DNA of 64,000 nucleotides from an uncultured Sphingorhabdus sp. Its GTDB lineage: Bacteria; Pseudomonadota; Alphaproteobacteria; Sphingomonadales; Sphingomonadaceae. The stretch is taken from NCBI GenBank assembly GCA_947501885.1, contig CANMXN010000003.1, positions 54,946 through 118,945 on the forward strand, in the 5' to 3' direction. A model generated the notes under the pieces. That model searched no databases and was not told the DNA's origin. It saw nothing but the letters and a program-made list of their open reading frames with translations. Position numbers and translations under genes: made by a program. Below are positions 41,779 to 51,279 of the stretch, one piece after another (within the stretch, counting starts at the first letter, position 1; every line of letters begins with the position of its first letter).

Positions 41779-43395
41779 TTAGATTAATGTTCCTTGTTTG
41801 CTGCTATCTTCGCGCTTGGCAGATTTTAGCACGGACGCATCGACCCATGGAATATCTGGCTTTTTGCCTTGCATTAATTCGGCCAAGGTCAGAATTTGGA
41901 GCCTTGGATGCTTGCGGCCCGTTACAGCGCTTTCCATTGTTCCTACTGCGGCGGCTTCTTTTTCCATTGGTCGCGTGGGCAGGGCGGCGGTGATGAAAAT
42001 ACCGATAGGGGCTTTTTCCCGCTCCATCGCGCTGTGAAGATCGCGGATCATATTTACGCTGACATTCTTACCGCCCTTCACCGATACAATGGCTTTTTCG
42101 GTTTTCTTACCATCGGGTTTGAAATAGATAATACCATCGATACCGCCATCGGCGCCTTTTTTCTTGCCCCCATAGGGCAGGGCATCCACCAGCGAGACCG
42201 CCCACCATTGGAATTGATATTTATCACGTTCGGCCAGATCAAGCGCAGCAGCGAGCGTTTGCGGACGGCCTTTGACTTCAAATGCGATAGCGGGGAAGGC
42301 GTCCTTCATGCGCTTTTCGATTAAGCTGACGGCAAGATGGGTAATATCGATACCAATCCATTGGCGGTCAAGTTTTTCGGCGGCATGAACCGCCGTGCCG
42401 CATCCACAAAATGGGTCTAATATCACATCGCCTTCATTGGATGATGCGGAAATGATACGTTCGAGCAAAGCCAATGGTTTTTGTGTGGGGTAACCGAGAG
42501 ATTCTGGTGATGATGAAGGCATAATTGGTACATCATCCCAAAAGTCATTTAGTGGAACACCAGGGTTATCAGCTAAATAATATTTAAGTTGAGGCTGACC
42601 ACCATCTTTTGTTGGCCAGTATATCAAGCCTTCTTTTTCATATTTTTCTAGCTTTTCATGTACAGTAACCCAATGCATGCCATTTCTTCCATGCACGTTT
42701 GGGTTTATTCCTCTCCAAGGTTGACCAGTTATTCCTCCTCTCTTGCCACTAACCAATAGAGGTACAAGGCGGTAATTTCCTTTATCGTCTATTTTTGAAT
42801 ATAATTTCTTTGATGCTTCGGACAATTCACGGTATTGTAGTTGGAAGAAGTAGTCACTAGATTTTGCATAACAAAATATCGTATCATGTGCTTTTCTCAT
42901 ACTTCTACTTATTGAAGAGCGTGTCTGACTTCTTTTCCAGACAATTTCGTTTACAAAATTTGTGGCCCCGAAAACACCATCGAGCAAAAGTTTCAGATAA
43001 TGGCTCGCCGTTGGGTCACAATGCAAGTAAAGGCTACCCGTGGGTTTAAGCACGCGGTGCAATTCAATCAGGCGTACCGCCATCATCGCCAAATAGGCCA
43101 TCATATCATTTTCGCCCAAGAAGCTGCGCATGGCATTGAGCAGATCAAAAGCAGCAGTATTCCCCGATTTCATAACATCATCAAAGGCTTCTTCGGCGCT
43201 GTCATTCCAATGCCATGTATCTTCAAATGCCTCTATCTGGGCATCGCTATCTTGCCCCTCGGGTGATTTGAACAATATGTTATAATTGGCATTGCTGTTA
43301 AATGGTGGATCAAGATAGACCAGATCAACGCTCTCATCCGCGATATGCTCTCGCAGTACATGCAGGTTATCACCATAATATAGGGTATTGCTCAT
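41779..43395 (-). CDS. Beta-class amino-methyltransferase (N6A/N4C) fused to a C-terminal Mrr-like PD-(D/E)xK domain
   Basis: YLDPPF (motif IV), then variable region, YPTQKP and DPFCGCGT (motif I); tail DGGIDGII...IVSVKGG. Confidence 0.85.
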   Translation of the reverse strand: MSNTLYYGDNLHVLREHIADESVDLVYLDPPFNSNANYNILFKSPEGQDSDAQIEAFEDTWHWNDSAEEAFDDVMKSGNTAAFDLLNAMRSFLGENDMMAYLAMMAVRLIELHRVLKPTGSLYLHCDPTASHYLKLLLDGVFGATNFVNEIVWKRSQTRSSISRSMRKAHDTIFCYAKSSDYFFQLQYRELSEASKKLYSKIDDKGNYRLVPLLVSGKRGGITGQPWRGINPNVHGRNGMHWVTVHEKLEKYEKEGLIYWPTKDGGQPQLKYYLADNPGVPLNDFWDDVPIMPSSSPESLGYPTQKPLALLERIISASSNEGDVILDPFCGCGTAVHAAEKLDRQWIGIDITHLAVSLIEKRMKDAFPAIAFEVKGRPQTLAAALDLAERDKYQFQWWAVSLVDALPYGGKKKGADGGIDGIIYFKPDGKKTEKAIVSVKGGKNVSVNMIRDLHSAMEREKAPIGIFITAALPTRPMEKEAAAVGTMESAVTGRKHPRLQILTLAELMQGKKPDIPWVDASVLKSAKREDSSKQGTLI

Positions 43396-43586
43396 AGCTA
43401 TCGATTACGCATATTTTGATTATATTGCAAATGATCATCTTTATGGCTGATGAGAGCCAACATTAATTGTGATAAGGCCTAATCTATATAGCTTTGGTTT
43501 TTATTTGCCTTTAAAGCAACCACGGTCATTTTCAAATTAGAATTAAACTTTTCGATAAATTTCACAAAGTATCTTGCATACCATTA

Positions 43587-43612
43587 TACATTGCACTACA
43601 TAGTAACTATGT
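43587..43612. promoter_or_regulatory. Overlapping palindromes upstream of padR; probable autoregulatory operator
   Basis: TACATTGCACTACATAGTA (TACnnTG-n5-CAnnGTA, 43587-43605) and ACATAGT-A-ACTATGT (43598-43612). Confidence 0.55.
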
Positions 43613-43627
43613 TAAGCAGAATCAATC

Positions 43628-44005
43628 ATGACAAATAATAGCAAAGACCCATCGAAATGGGATGTTCAATTGCGCAAAGGTACGCTGGAGCTTGTGATCT
43701 TAGCACTGCTTAGAGGACGTAGTCTTTATGGGTTAGAATTGCTCGGGCAGCTTCAAGAACTTGAAACCACTGCCATATCAGAGGGGACATTATATCCGCT
43801 GCTCGATCGGTTGAAGCGCGATGGCAATATTGATGCAAAATGGCATCAGGAAGGCGATACGCGGCCTAGAAAATATTATAGCCTAACCAAAATAGGCCAA
43901 GAGAAATTAACCGATTTAACAGATCGGTGGAGAAAGTCCGTCGAGGATATTGAATTTCTTTTGGAAAACCCTGGCCCCCAAACACTACCCAAGAAAGGAA
44001 AATAA
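43628..44005 (+). CDS. PadR-family transcriptional regulator
   Basis: QLRKGTLEL, YG, EGTLYPLL.RL, RPRKYYSLT. Confidence 0.93.
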   Translation: MTNNSKDPSKWDVQLRKGTLELVILALLRGRSLYGLELLGQLQELETTAISEGTLYPLLDRLKRDGNIDAKWHQEGDTRPRKYYSLTKIGQEKLTDLTDRWRKSVEDIEFLLENPGPQTLPKKGK

Positions 44006-44006
44006 A

Positions 44007-44564
44007 ATGTCAGATCGTGAAATGGTCCGCGATTATCTTAACTCTCTCATGAAATTTTTGTCTCGTTTGGATAAAGAAGATGCCGATGATGTTTTGCGCG
44101 AAATTGAATGTCACATATATGATGTGATGGAAATCCGTCAAGAAAATGGGCAGATGATCGATGCCAGCGAAATTTTAAAAGGATTTGGTCAACCGCGTGA
44201 ACTTGCGAGTCAATATGTTGATCATATATTAGAGGGCACTCCGCCGCCAATGGGGTTTCGTGCTATTCAAAAAATAAAAACAGGTACGACAAAAGGCTTA
44301 TATTGGACGACTGCTATTTTCGGATATTTTTGGTCCGCAATATTTGTTGCAATTGGTCTGTATAAATTGATTAGCCCCAATGCGGTCGGCGTTTGGGCAA
44401 ATGATATCGGAGAATCATTCATTATTGGCGGATTGTCGCAAATGCCCGCAGGAACTGAAGAAATTATGGGGTTATGGTTAGTGCCTGTTGCTATCGGATT
44501 AGGATCGGGTGCAGCATATATAACCAAACGTATTTTGAGCGTGCTGAAACCTATCGTGCGATAG
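44007..44564 (+). CDS. HAAS/DUF1700-type membrane protein paired with PadR
   Basis: YL..L...L..L...D...L.EIE.HI...FG.P.ELA pattern plus 2 TM helices; start placed at ATG 44007. Confidence 0.75.
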   Translation: MSDREMVRDYLNSLMKFLSRLDKEDADDVLREIECHIYDVMEIRQENGQMIDASEILKGFGQPRELASQYVDHILEGTPPPMGFRAIQKIKTGTTKGLYWTTAIFGYFWSAIFVAIGLYKLISPNAVGVWANDIGESFIIGGLSQMPAGTEEIMGLWLVPVAIGLGSGAAYITKRILSVLKPIVR

Positions 44565-44610
44565 TCTTAAAATGTTATAACTATGCGAGTTTTAGTTAAA
44601 AGAGATGCTT

Positions 44611-44802
44611 TTATATCTTAGTTTTTGGCAACCATTTACCTTTAGTACGGCTGGTAAGATGATAGCAATTACAACGATCGCAGCGATAAGGCCGCAATGC
44701 TATGCCAGCACGCTGAAGCGCTGCCATTGCATCAACTAGGCTCGCATAGCGCACTTTCTTTTTGCAAATGCTTAATCTTGTACGGATTTTGTGGCCTTTC
44801 AG
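44611..44802 (-). CDS. Small basic zinc-finger-like protein (63 aa, CTG start; not in the ORF track)
   Basis: Open frame MKGHKIRTRLSICKKKVRYASLVDAMAALQRAGIALRPYRCDRCNCYHLTSRTKGKWLPKTKI; start codon uncertain. Confidence 0.6.
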   Translation of the reverse strand: MKGHKIRTRLSICKKKVRYASLVDAMAALQRAGIALRPYRCDRCNCYHLTSRTKGKWLPKTKI

Positions 44803-44840
44803 ATGCTATATATGTGCATGCGGGGAAATTATAATCATGA

Positions 44841-45290
44841 CTAATCACCGCGCACCGAAATCAATCCTGTGCTTTCCATTACCATGACCAACTCATTATG
44901 TTGATTATAGGTTTTGACAATGCCATATAAAAGCCCCATTCCAGAGCGGCTTTTACTGATGCGTTTTGATAGAGTTTCCCGTTCGCAGCGCAATGTATCA
45001 CCTGGGTAAACAGGCTGCTTCCACTGTAATTTTTCAACACCAGGTGATCCTAGGCTGGCTTGTTTGTCCATATTAAGATGATCCACCATCATCCGCATCG
45101 TCATCGCAGCAGTATGCCACCCGCTCGCTGATAATCGACCAAAATATGTTTTTGCCGCAGCTTCATCATCAAGATGAAAAATTTGCGGATCATATTTTTG
45201 GGCAAATTCTATGACTTCTTCGCGGGTGACATCATAGGACCCAAATTTATGTGTGACTCCAACCTCTATATCTTCGTAATATTTCATCAT
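44841..45290 (-). CDS. MaoC-family dehydratase
   Basis: YYEDIEVG, FAQKYDPQ.FH, ASGWHT, PVYPGDTL. Confidence 0.9.
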   Translation of the reverse strand: MMKYYEDIEVGVTHKFGSYDVTREEVIEFAQKYDPQIFHLDDEAAAKTYFGRLSASGWHTAAMTMRMMVDHLNMDKQASLGSPGVEKLQWKQPVYPGDTLRCERETLSKRISKSRSGMGLLYGIVKTYNQHNELVMVMESTGLISVRGD

Positions 45291-45395
45291 TCTGTACTGC
45301 CTGATTATAACAATATTACGCAAGCATAAAATGTGTCAAATTACCTATTGAAACTCATGGCTCGTCATGATGATTGGTTTGAAAAGGAGAGCGTT

Positions 45396-47063
45396 ATGAT
45401 TCGTAATTTACCAAAATTTTCCCCCCAATCGCTAAAAAAATCTCTATTATTTGCATCATTGCCAATGCTTCTTGTGGTGGGTCAACCATCACTTGCGCAA
45501 AAATCAGATGGCAAGCAAGAAGAGCAAACCGCGCAAATTATTGATGAAGGTCTGAATCGTTCTGAAGTCATGATTAGCGCTCATGAATTGCTTGATGGCA
45601 TTGGTGCACGGCTCTCTAATTCTCCGCAGATGCGCCAAGCTGAGGCTTGGGCTGTGCAAAAATTTAATGGTTGGGGCCTCAAAAATGTTCGTAAAGAAGG
45701 CTTCGAATTTGGCCGTGGTTGGTCGATTACGTCATCTAGTGTGAAAATGGTATCGCCTCGACCGATTACATTGACTGCTATTCCTGTGGCGTGGACGCCA
45801 TCAACCAATGGAGTGATAACATCGGATATTATTGTTGCCCCTATTTCTAAAAAAGCACATTTTGATGAGTGGCGTGGTAAGTTGGCGGGTAAAATTGTCA
45901 TGATTAGCTTACCGGGGACAGGTAATGAGCCTACGAGACCTGCTTTTCGTCGTTTGCAAGGTGATGACTTTAGCCGCTTGGATGAATTTCGCCAACCAAC
46001 CCATGACCCAAAAGCGAATGATCGCCGTTTAAAGCGTGCAGAATTTGCCGAAGCTTTAGATGCCTTCTTAACCAGCGAAGGCGCTGTTGCTTGGGCGCGC
46101 CGTGCTCGCCGTGATGGCAAATTGTTGCATGGGGAGGGGTATACACATCGTGTTGGCCGTACCCCTAATTTGCCAGGGGTTGAAATTTCAGCAGAAGATT
46201 ATCGCCGCCTTGCGCGTTTGGCCAAAACTGGACCTGCTCCGACTATCTCTATCAACAGCAATGTGCAATTTCATGATGAAGATACCAAAGCTTATAATAT
46301 CATTGCCGAAATCCCCGGCAGCGACCCCAAAGCTGGTTATGTAATGGCTGGGGGTCATTTTGATAGCTGGGCTGGCGGTGATGGCGCCGTTGATAATGCC
46401 TCTGGCAGCGTTACCGTTATGGAAGCTGCGCGTATATTATCGAAAATGAAAATACGGCCCAAGCGCACCATTCGTTTTATCTTATGGGCTGCGGAAGAAC
46501 AGGGCTTGCTTGGGTCTCTGGCTTATACAGAAAAACATTTGGCGAGCCGTCCACCAGCGCCAGCCAGTGCCAATGGTCTTGCTCGTTTCTTTGGTTGGGG
46601 AAACCGTTTCCCGATCACTAAAAAACCGGGCTATAATGATATGAAGGCCTATTTTAATATGGATAATGGCTCAGGCAAATTACGCGGTATTTATGCCGAA
46701 GGAAATGCTGCGGCTAAACCAATACTTTCTAGTTGGTTATCACCCTTTAATTCAATGGGTGCCAGCCGCGTTGTTGCTGGACCAACAGGCAGTACCGATC
46801 ATGTATTTATGCAGCAAATTGGTCTTCCAGCCTATCAATTCATTCAAGACCCACTTGATTATTTTGCAAGGCTTCATCACACCAATGTCGATACGTTAGA
46901 CCATCTAAGGCCTGCTGATTTGCGCCAAGCATCGGTTGTTTTAGCAGGCATATTGTTACAAGCTGCAAATAGCGAAAAAACAATACCGCTTAGACCATTG
47001 CCGACCAAACCAACAGCAACGGATCCGTTTAAATATGACGACCCTGATGATTTGGTGGAATAA
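45396..47063 (+). CDS. Secreted M28/M20-family peptidase with PA domain
   Basis: GGHFDSW, DNASG, WAAEEQGL, NMDNG, GSTDH, HHT.VD; ATG 45396 after GGAG. Confidence 0.88.
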   Translation: MIRNLPKFSPQSLKKSLLFASLPMLLVVGQPSLAQKSDGKQEEQTAQIIDEGLNRSEVMISAHELLDGIGARLSNSPQMRQAEAWAVQKFNGWGLKNVRKEGFEFGRGWSITSSSVKMVSPRPITLTAIPVAWTPSTNGVITSDIIVAPISKKAHFDEWRGKLAGKIVMISLPGTGNEPTRPAFRRLQGDDFSRLDEFRQPTHDPKANDRRLKRAEFAEALDAFLTSEGAVAWARRARRDGKLLHGEGYTHRVGRTPNLPGVEISAEDYRRLARLAKTGPAPTISINSNVQFHDEDTKAYNIIAEIPGSDPKAGYVMAGGHFDSWAGGDGAVDNASGSVTVMEAARILSKMKIRPKRTIRFILWAAEEQGLLGSLAYTEKHLASRPPAPASANGLARFFGWGNRFPITKKPGYNDMKAYFNMDNGSGKLRGIYAEGNAAAKPILSSWLSPFNSMGASRVVAGPTGSTDHVFMQQIGLPAYQFIQDPLDYFARLHHTNVDTLDHLRPADLRQASVVLAGILLQAANSEKTIPLRPLPTKPTATDPFKYDDPDDLVE

Positions 47064-47087
47064 ATATTTGCATATATGATAAAGATG

Positions 47088-47120
47088 AAAGCGCGCTGAA
47101 ATATTGGCGCGCTTTTTTTT
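47088..47120 (+). terminator. Intrinsic terminator after the M28 peptidase
   Basis: AAAGCGCGC...GCGCGCTTT followed by a T-run. Confidence 0.75.
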
Positions 47121-47147
47121 GCGAGAATTGGTCTAAGGAGCCGTCGG

Positions 47148-47573
47148 ATGAAGGAGATTTTTAATTGGCATCGCGTTAATGAGAATATCACAACATCTGG
47201 GCAATTTACGGAAGAGCAATTTGCGCAAATTGCTAATCTAGGTGTAACGCATATTGTAAATATGGGGCTTCATGATCATAAATATGCGCTGCCTGATGAG
47301 AAAAATTTGGTAACAACAAATGGCATAGAATATATCTATCAACCCGTTGATTTTAATAATCCGACCGATGACGACTTTGCTACATTTTGTGAGGTAATGG
47401 AGAGGCTGGATGGTGAGACAATCCATATCCATTGTATCGCCAATTATCGAGTATCCGCTTTTTTGTACCGTTATTACCGCGATGTGAAAGGAGAAGGTGC
47501 ACAAAAGGCCAGAGATGAGATGCTCTCAATTTGGAAACCCGAAGGCGTTTGGGCAGATTTTATCGCCGATTAA
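47148..47573 (+). CDS. DUF442-like phosphatase/sulfurtransferase-fold protein
   Basis: TTSGQ, YIYQPVDF..PT..DF, HCIANYRVS (Cx4R). Confidence 0.7.
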   Translation: MKEIFNWHRVNENITTSGQFTEEQFAQIANLGVTHIVNMGLHDHKYALPDEKNLVTTNGIEYIYQPVDFNNPTDDDFATFCEVMERLDGETIHIHCIANYRVSAFLYRYYRDVKGEGAQKARDEMLSIWKPEGVWADFIAD

Positions 47574-47579
47574 TGCGCA

Positions 47580-48692
47580 TTATACATTGAATTTGAAATG
47601 CATGACATCGCCGTCTTGCACCACATATTCTTTACCTTCTTGGCGTAACTTGCCAGCATCACGCGCAGCGCTCTCACCGCCAAGCGTGGTATAATCATCA
47701 TAAGCAATAGTTTCAGCGCGAATGAAACCGCGTTCAAAATCGGTGTGAATTTCGCCTGCGGCTTGCGGTGCTTTTTTATTCTTGCCCAATGTCCATGCAC
47801 GGGCTTCTTTTGGGCCAACGGTGAAAAATGTAATCAAATCAAGCAAGTCATAGCCCGAACGAATGATACGCGATAGGCCAGGTTCATCAAGGCCTAGTTC
47901 GTTCAGAAATTCCATACGATCATCCATGTCCATGCCGACCAATTCGCTCTCAATGCGGGCCGATACCACCACGGCATTAGCACCTTGCTGCTTGGCCATT
48001 TCAAACACTTTAGCACTATGGGCATTGCCGCTCGCTGCGCTTTGTTCCTCTACATTACAAACATAGAGGATCGGTTTGGATGTAAGCAGCTGCGCTTGGC
48101 GGAATATTTTCTCTTCCTCTGCATCATTACGCTCTGTCATACGCGCAGGCTTGCCATCGCGCAACAATTCTAAAGCTTGCTCCAAAATCGGCAGCATGGC
48201 TTTTGCTTCTTTATCGCCACCAACGGCTCGCTTTGATAGAGCGGGAACGCGCTTTTCCAGCGATTCCAAATCGGATAGCATAAGCTCGGTTTCCACCGTT
48301 TGTGCATCGGATACAGGGTCTATGCGATCATCAACATGCTGAATTTCTTCGCCGACATCGGCATTTTCAAAACAACGCAACACATGGACGATAGCGTCAA
48401 CTTCGCGGATATTAGCCAGAAATTGATTACCCAAACCTTCGCCTTTAGATGCGCCGCGTACCAGCCCTGCAATATCAACAAAGGCAAGCTGCGTCGGGAT
48501 GATTTTGGCGCTACTGGCGATGGCGGCCAGCTTATCAATACGTGGATCGGGAACGGATACATTGCCGACATTGGGTTCAATGGTGCAAAATGGGTAATTG
48601 GCGGCTTGTGCGCTTTGCGTATCCGTAAGCGCATTAAAAAGCGTTGATTTCCCAACATTGGGAAGACCCACTATACCGCATTTAAAACCCAT
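47580..48692 (-). CDS. ychF: Redox-regulated ATPase YchF
   Basis: GLPNVGKST, NYPFCTIEPN, DIAGLV, FIRAE, YVVQDGD. Confidence 0.98.
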   Translation of the reverse strand: MGFKCGIVGLPNVGKSTLFNALTDTQSAQAANYPFCTIEPNVGNVSVPDPRIDKLAAIASSAKIIPTQLAFVDIAGLVRGASKGEGLGNQFLANIREVDAIVHVLRCFENADVGEEIQHVDDRIDPVSDAQTVETELMLSDLESLEKRVPALSKRAVGGDKEAKAMLPILEQALELLRDGKPARMTERNDAEEEKIFRQAQLLTSKPILYVCNVEEQSAASGNAHSAKVFEMAKQQGANAVVVSARIESELVGMDMDDRMEFLNELGLDEPGLSRIIRSGYDLLDLITFFTVGPKEARAWTLGKNKKAPQAAGEIHTDFERGFIRAETIAYDDYTTLGGESAARDAGKLRQEGKEYVVQDGDVMHFKFNV

Positions 48693-48767
48693 CATCTGAC
48701 TCCATTAATCGCTGCGTAAACCAGTTGCACGCGCATAGCGCTTAATAGCATATGATACTAGAGAAAC

Positions 48768-49754
48768 TTAACTATGTACCGCTTTTATCCATGGGCCAAA
48801 GGGCGATGCACCGAGCCATTGCTGCTGTGTATCCGCGGAAACTTTATTGATCGCAATTTGGGGTTTGGGACCAGGATGTACTTCTCTGCGTAAAGGGCGT
48901 TTGCCAGCGGGCATTCCAATGATTTCGGTTATTGCATGGGGTATATCCATCGGGTTCGCATCGCGCCCGCCGCCTTGTGCTGCACCCATCCGTGCGGTGA
49001 GAGCGGGATAGGCATCTAATGTGGCTTTATCGCTACGGGCCAATAAGGCTTTGTCATAGGCGTTGCGTTTTTTCCATATGTCGGTGGGATAGCCGCCAGG
49101 TTGAATGATGGTGACATCAATGCCGTGCGGAACAAGCTCATAGGCCATTTGCTCGGACATGGCTTCTAGGGCAAATTTACTGGGTGAATATTGCGCAAAA
49201 CCTGGCACCATAACGCGGCCAAGCTGTGATGATATGTTGAAAATCTGCCCTGATTTTTTGGCACGCATTGCGGGAAGAGCAGCCAATGTTACGCGCTGTA
49301 CGCCAAAAACATTAGTGTTAAAGATTAATTGAGTGGCTTCTAAATCTTGGACTTCGATAGGGCCAGCCATACCAATGCCTGCATTGTTGATTATAATATC
49401 AAGGCCGCCACCAGCGATTTTTTCGGCTTGCGCAACGCCTTTGGTAACGCTCTCATCGGATAATACATCTAATTCAACTATATGCAGGTCAAGCTTCTCG
49501 GCCTTTGCAATTTTGGCAAGCGCATCTGCTTCGGGGCGAGGCAGGTTGCGCATGGTAGCAATAACTTTTGCTCCGCCGCGCGCATAATGCAGCGCACCCA
49601 AATATCCAAAACCTGATGAAGTCCCAGTGATAAGAATGGATTTTCCATAAGTAGGAGCCACAATGACCGATTCCGCGCTTGCTGTGACAGCAGCCATTGC
49701 ACCTATAGTGCTAGCCCCTGCTAATAGCTGACGGCGGTTTACCTTTTTATCCAT
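48768..49754 (-). CDS. Short-chain dehydrogenase/reductase with twin-arginine signal peptide
   Basis: N-terminal NRRQLL plus hydrophobic stretch and ASA cleavage site; TGTSSGFG, NNAG, YSPSK. Confidence 0.85.
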   Translation of the reverse strand: MDKKVNRRQLLAGASTIGAMAAVTASAESVIVAPTYGKSILITGTSSGFGYLGALHYARGGAKVIATMRNLPRPEADALAKIAKAEKLDLHIVELDVLSDESVTKGVAQAEKIAGGGLDIIINNAGIGMAGPIEVQDLEATQLIFNTNVFGVQRVTLAALPAMRAKKSGQIFNISSQLGRVMVPGFAQYSPSKFALEAMSEQMAYELVPHGIDVTIIQPGGYPTDIWKKRNAYDKALLARSDKATLDAYPALTARMGAAQGGGRDANPMDIPHAITEIIGMPAGKRPLRREVHPGPKPQIAINKVSADTQQQWLGASPFGPWIKAVHS

Positions 49755-49764
49755 AATCTCTCTC

Positions 49765-50343
49765 CTAAACTTTCAAATTCTGCATGCGCATAGCGTAATC
49801 TGTCATAAACCTTATAGTATCATTTTGTGCAAGCCAATGGGCCTCTGCCCCAATAGAACCGAGCATATCAGCCAGATCATCTATCTCACTTTTGGCATAA
49901 TTGCCCAGCACATAACCGCTTACCCGGTCTTTGTGACCCGGATGCCCAATGCCGATGCGGATACGGCGAAAATCTTCGCCAATATGTTTGATAGTGCTTC
50001 TTATCCCATTATGTCCTGCGGCACCGCCGCCCGTTTTTATCTTAATCTTAAAGGGTGCAATGTCCAATTCATCGTAGAAAATGGTAACATCTTGCGGTGA
50101 TAATTTGTAAAAATTCATTGCTGCTCGCACGCTTCGGCCACTTTCATTCATAAAAGTAGCGGGTTTGAGAAAGAGGATTTTTTGATTGCTGATACGGCCT
50201 TCTTGCACCCATCCGAGAAATTTCTTCGATGGATCAGGCAAGTTATGGATTTCTGACAGAGCATCTATAGCCATGAAACCAACATTGTGACGGTTCATAG
50301 CATATTTTGATCCGGGATTTCCAAGGCCTACCCAAAGCTGCAT
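49765..50343 (-). CDS. pth: Peptidyl-tRNA hydrolase
   Basis: GLGNPG, RHNVGF, KP.TFMN.SG, GHNG, RIRIGI. Confidence 0.97.
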   Translation of the reverse strand: MQLWVGLGNPGSKYAMNRHNVGFMAIDALSEIHNLPDPSKKFLGWVQEGRISNQKILFLKPATFMNESGRSVRAAMNFYKLSPQDVTIFYDELDIAPFKIKIKTGGGAAGHNGIRSTIKHIGEDFRRIRIGIGHPGHKDRVSGYVLGNYAKSEIDDLADMLGSIGAEAHWLAQNDTIRFMTDYAMRMQNLKV

Positions 50344-50396
50344 TATATTCTCCTGTTAAATTAGGACATAGGATGGAAAAAGCATTTGCGCAAAAA

Positions 50397-50420
50397 AAAT
50401 GACCATCGCAATGGCCATTT
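50397..50420 (-). terminator. Intrinsic terminator after rplY
   Basis: Minus strand AAATGGCCA-ttgcga-TGGTCATTT followed by a T-run. Confidence 0.65.
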
Positions 50421-50461
50421 CTTTCATTATAATATTGAGCAGCCATAAGAGCTGTTTATAT

Positions 50462-51124
50462 TTAACCTTCTGAAGCTTCACCTTCACTAGCTTCTTCTGC
50501 TCCTTCAGCACCTTCTTCGCCTTCGGTTGCTTCTTCTTCATCGTCTGATTGTTTCAGAGCAGATGGAGCAACAACGGTAGCAATAGTGAAGTCACGATCT
50601 GTAATCGAACTCTCGCTGCCATCTGGTAATTTAACGCTACTGATGTGGATGCTATCACCAATTTCTAGGCCAGTTACATCAATTTCGATTGTGTCTGGGA
50701 TACGGGCTGCATCACAAACCAATTCGAGTTCGTGACGAACAACGTTTAGAACGCCGCCACGTTTCAGACCAGGCGAGTCATCTTCGTTAACGAAGAGTAC
50801 AGGAACAGAAACGTCAACCGTTGCGTCCTTGGCAAGGCGCAAGAAGTCAACATGTAATGGACGATCAGTCACGGGATGGAAGGCCACATCTTTGGGAAGG
50901 GTACGCAATGATTCTTTATCAACATTCACTTGTACCAAGCTGTTGGTAAAGCTTCCTGTCATAAGCAATTTAATCAATGCTTTTTCTTCGATATGAATAG
51001 ATAGTGGTTCTTGCTTGTCACCATAAATAACGGCGGGTACTCGGCCTTCTCTGCGTAATGCTCGGGAGGCTCCCTTGCCAACCCCATCGCGCTTTTCGGC
51101 TGAGATTGTCAGCTGATCGCTCAT
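50462..51124 (-). CDS. rplY: 50S ribosomal protein L25/Ctc
   Basis: [30 protein letters not shown], acidic tail. Confidence 0.97.
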   Translation of the reverse strand: MSDQLTISAEKRDGVGKGASRALRREGRVPAVIYGDKQEPLSIHIEEKALIKLLMTGSFTNSLVQVNVDKESLRTLPKDVAFHPVTDRPLHVDFLRLAKDATVDVSVPVLFVNEDDSPGLKRGGVLNVVRHELELVCDAARIPDTIEIDVTGLEIGDSIHISSVKLPDGSESSITDRDFTIATVVAPSALKQSDDEEEATEGEEGAEGAEEASEGEASEG

Positions 51125-51279
51125 AATGTTTCTCCAAATAGAATTTTGTTTCTCCGCTTATCGCTCCTCCAGGGATGAATGCGACAGCGAAGCAAGGCCT
51201 TTAGCGGTGAATATGATATAAAGCAAGCATAGCATATGATGTAGCTAAGAAATATAGCCATCATATTGCTTTATAATAT

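Noticed and set aside
41779-44564. Prophage or IS-bounded island around the methyltransferase
   Set aside because: No integrase, transposase, terminal inverted repeats or att-like direct repeats seen
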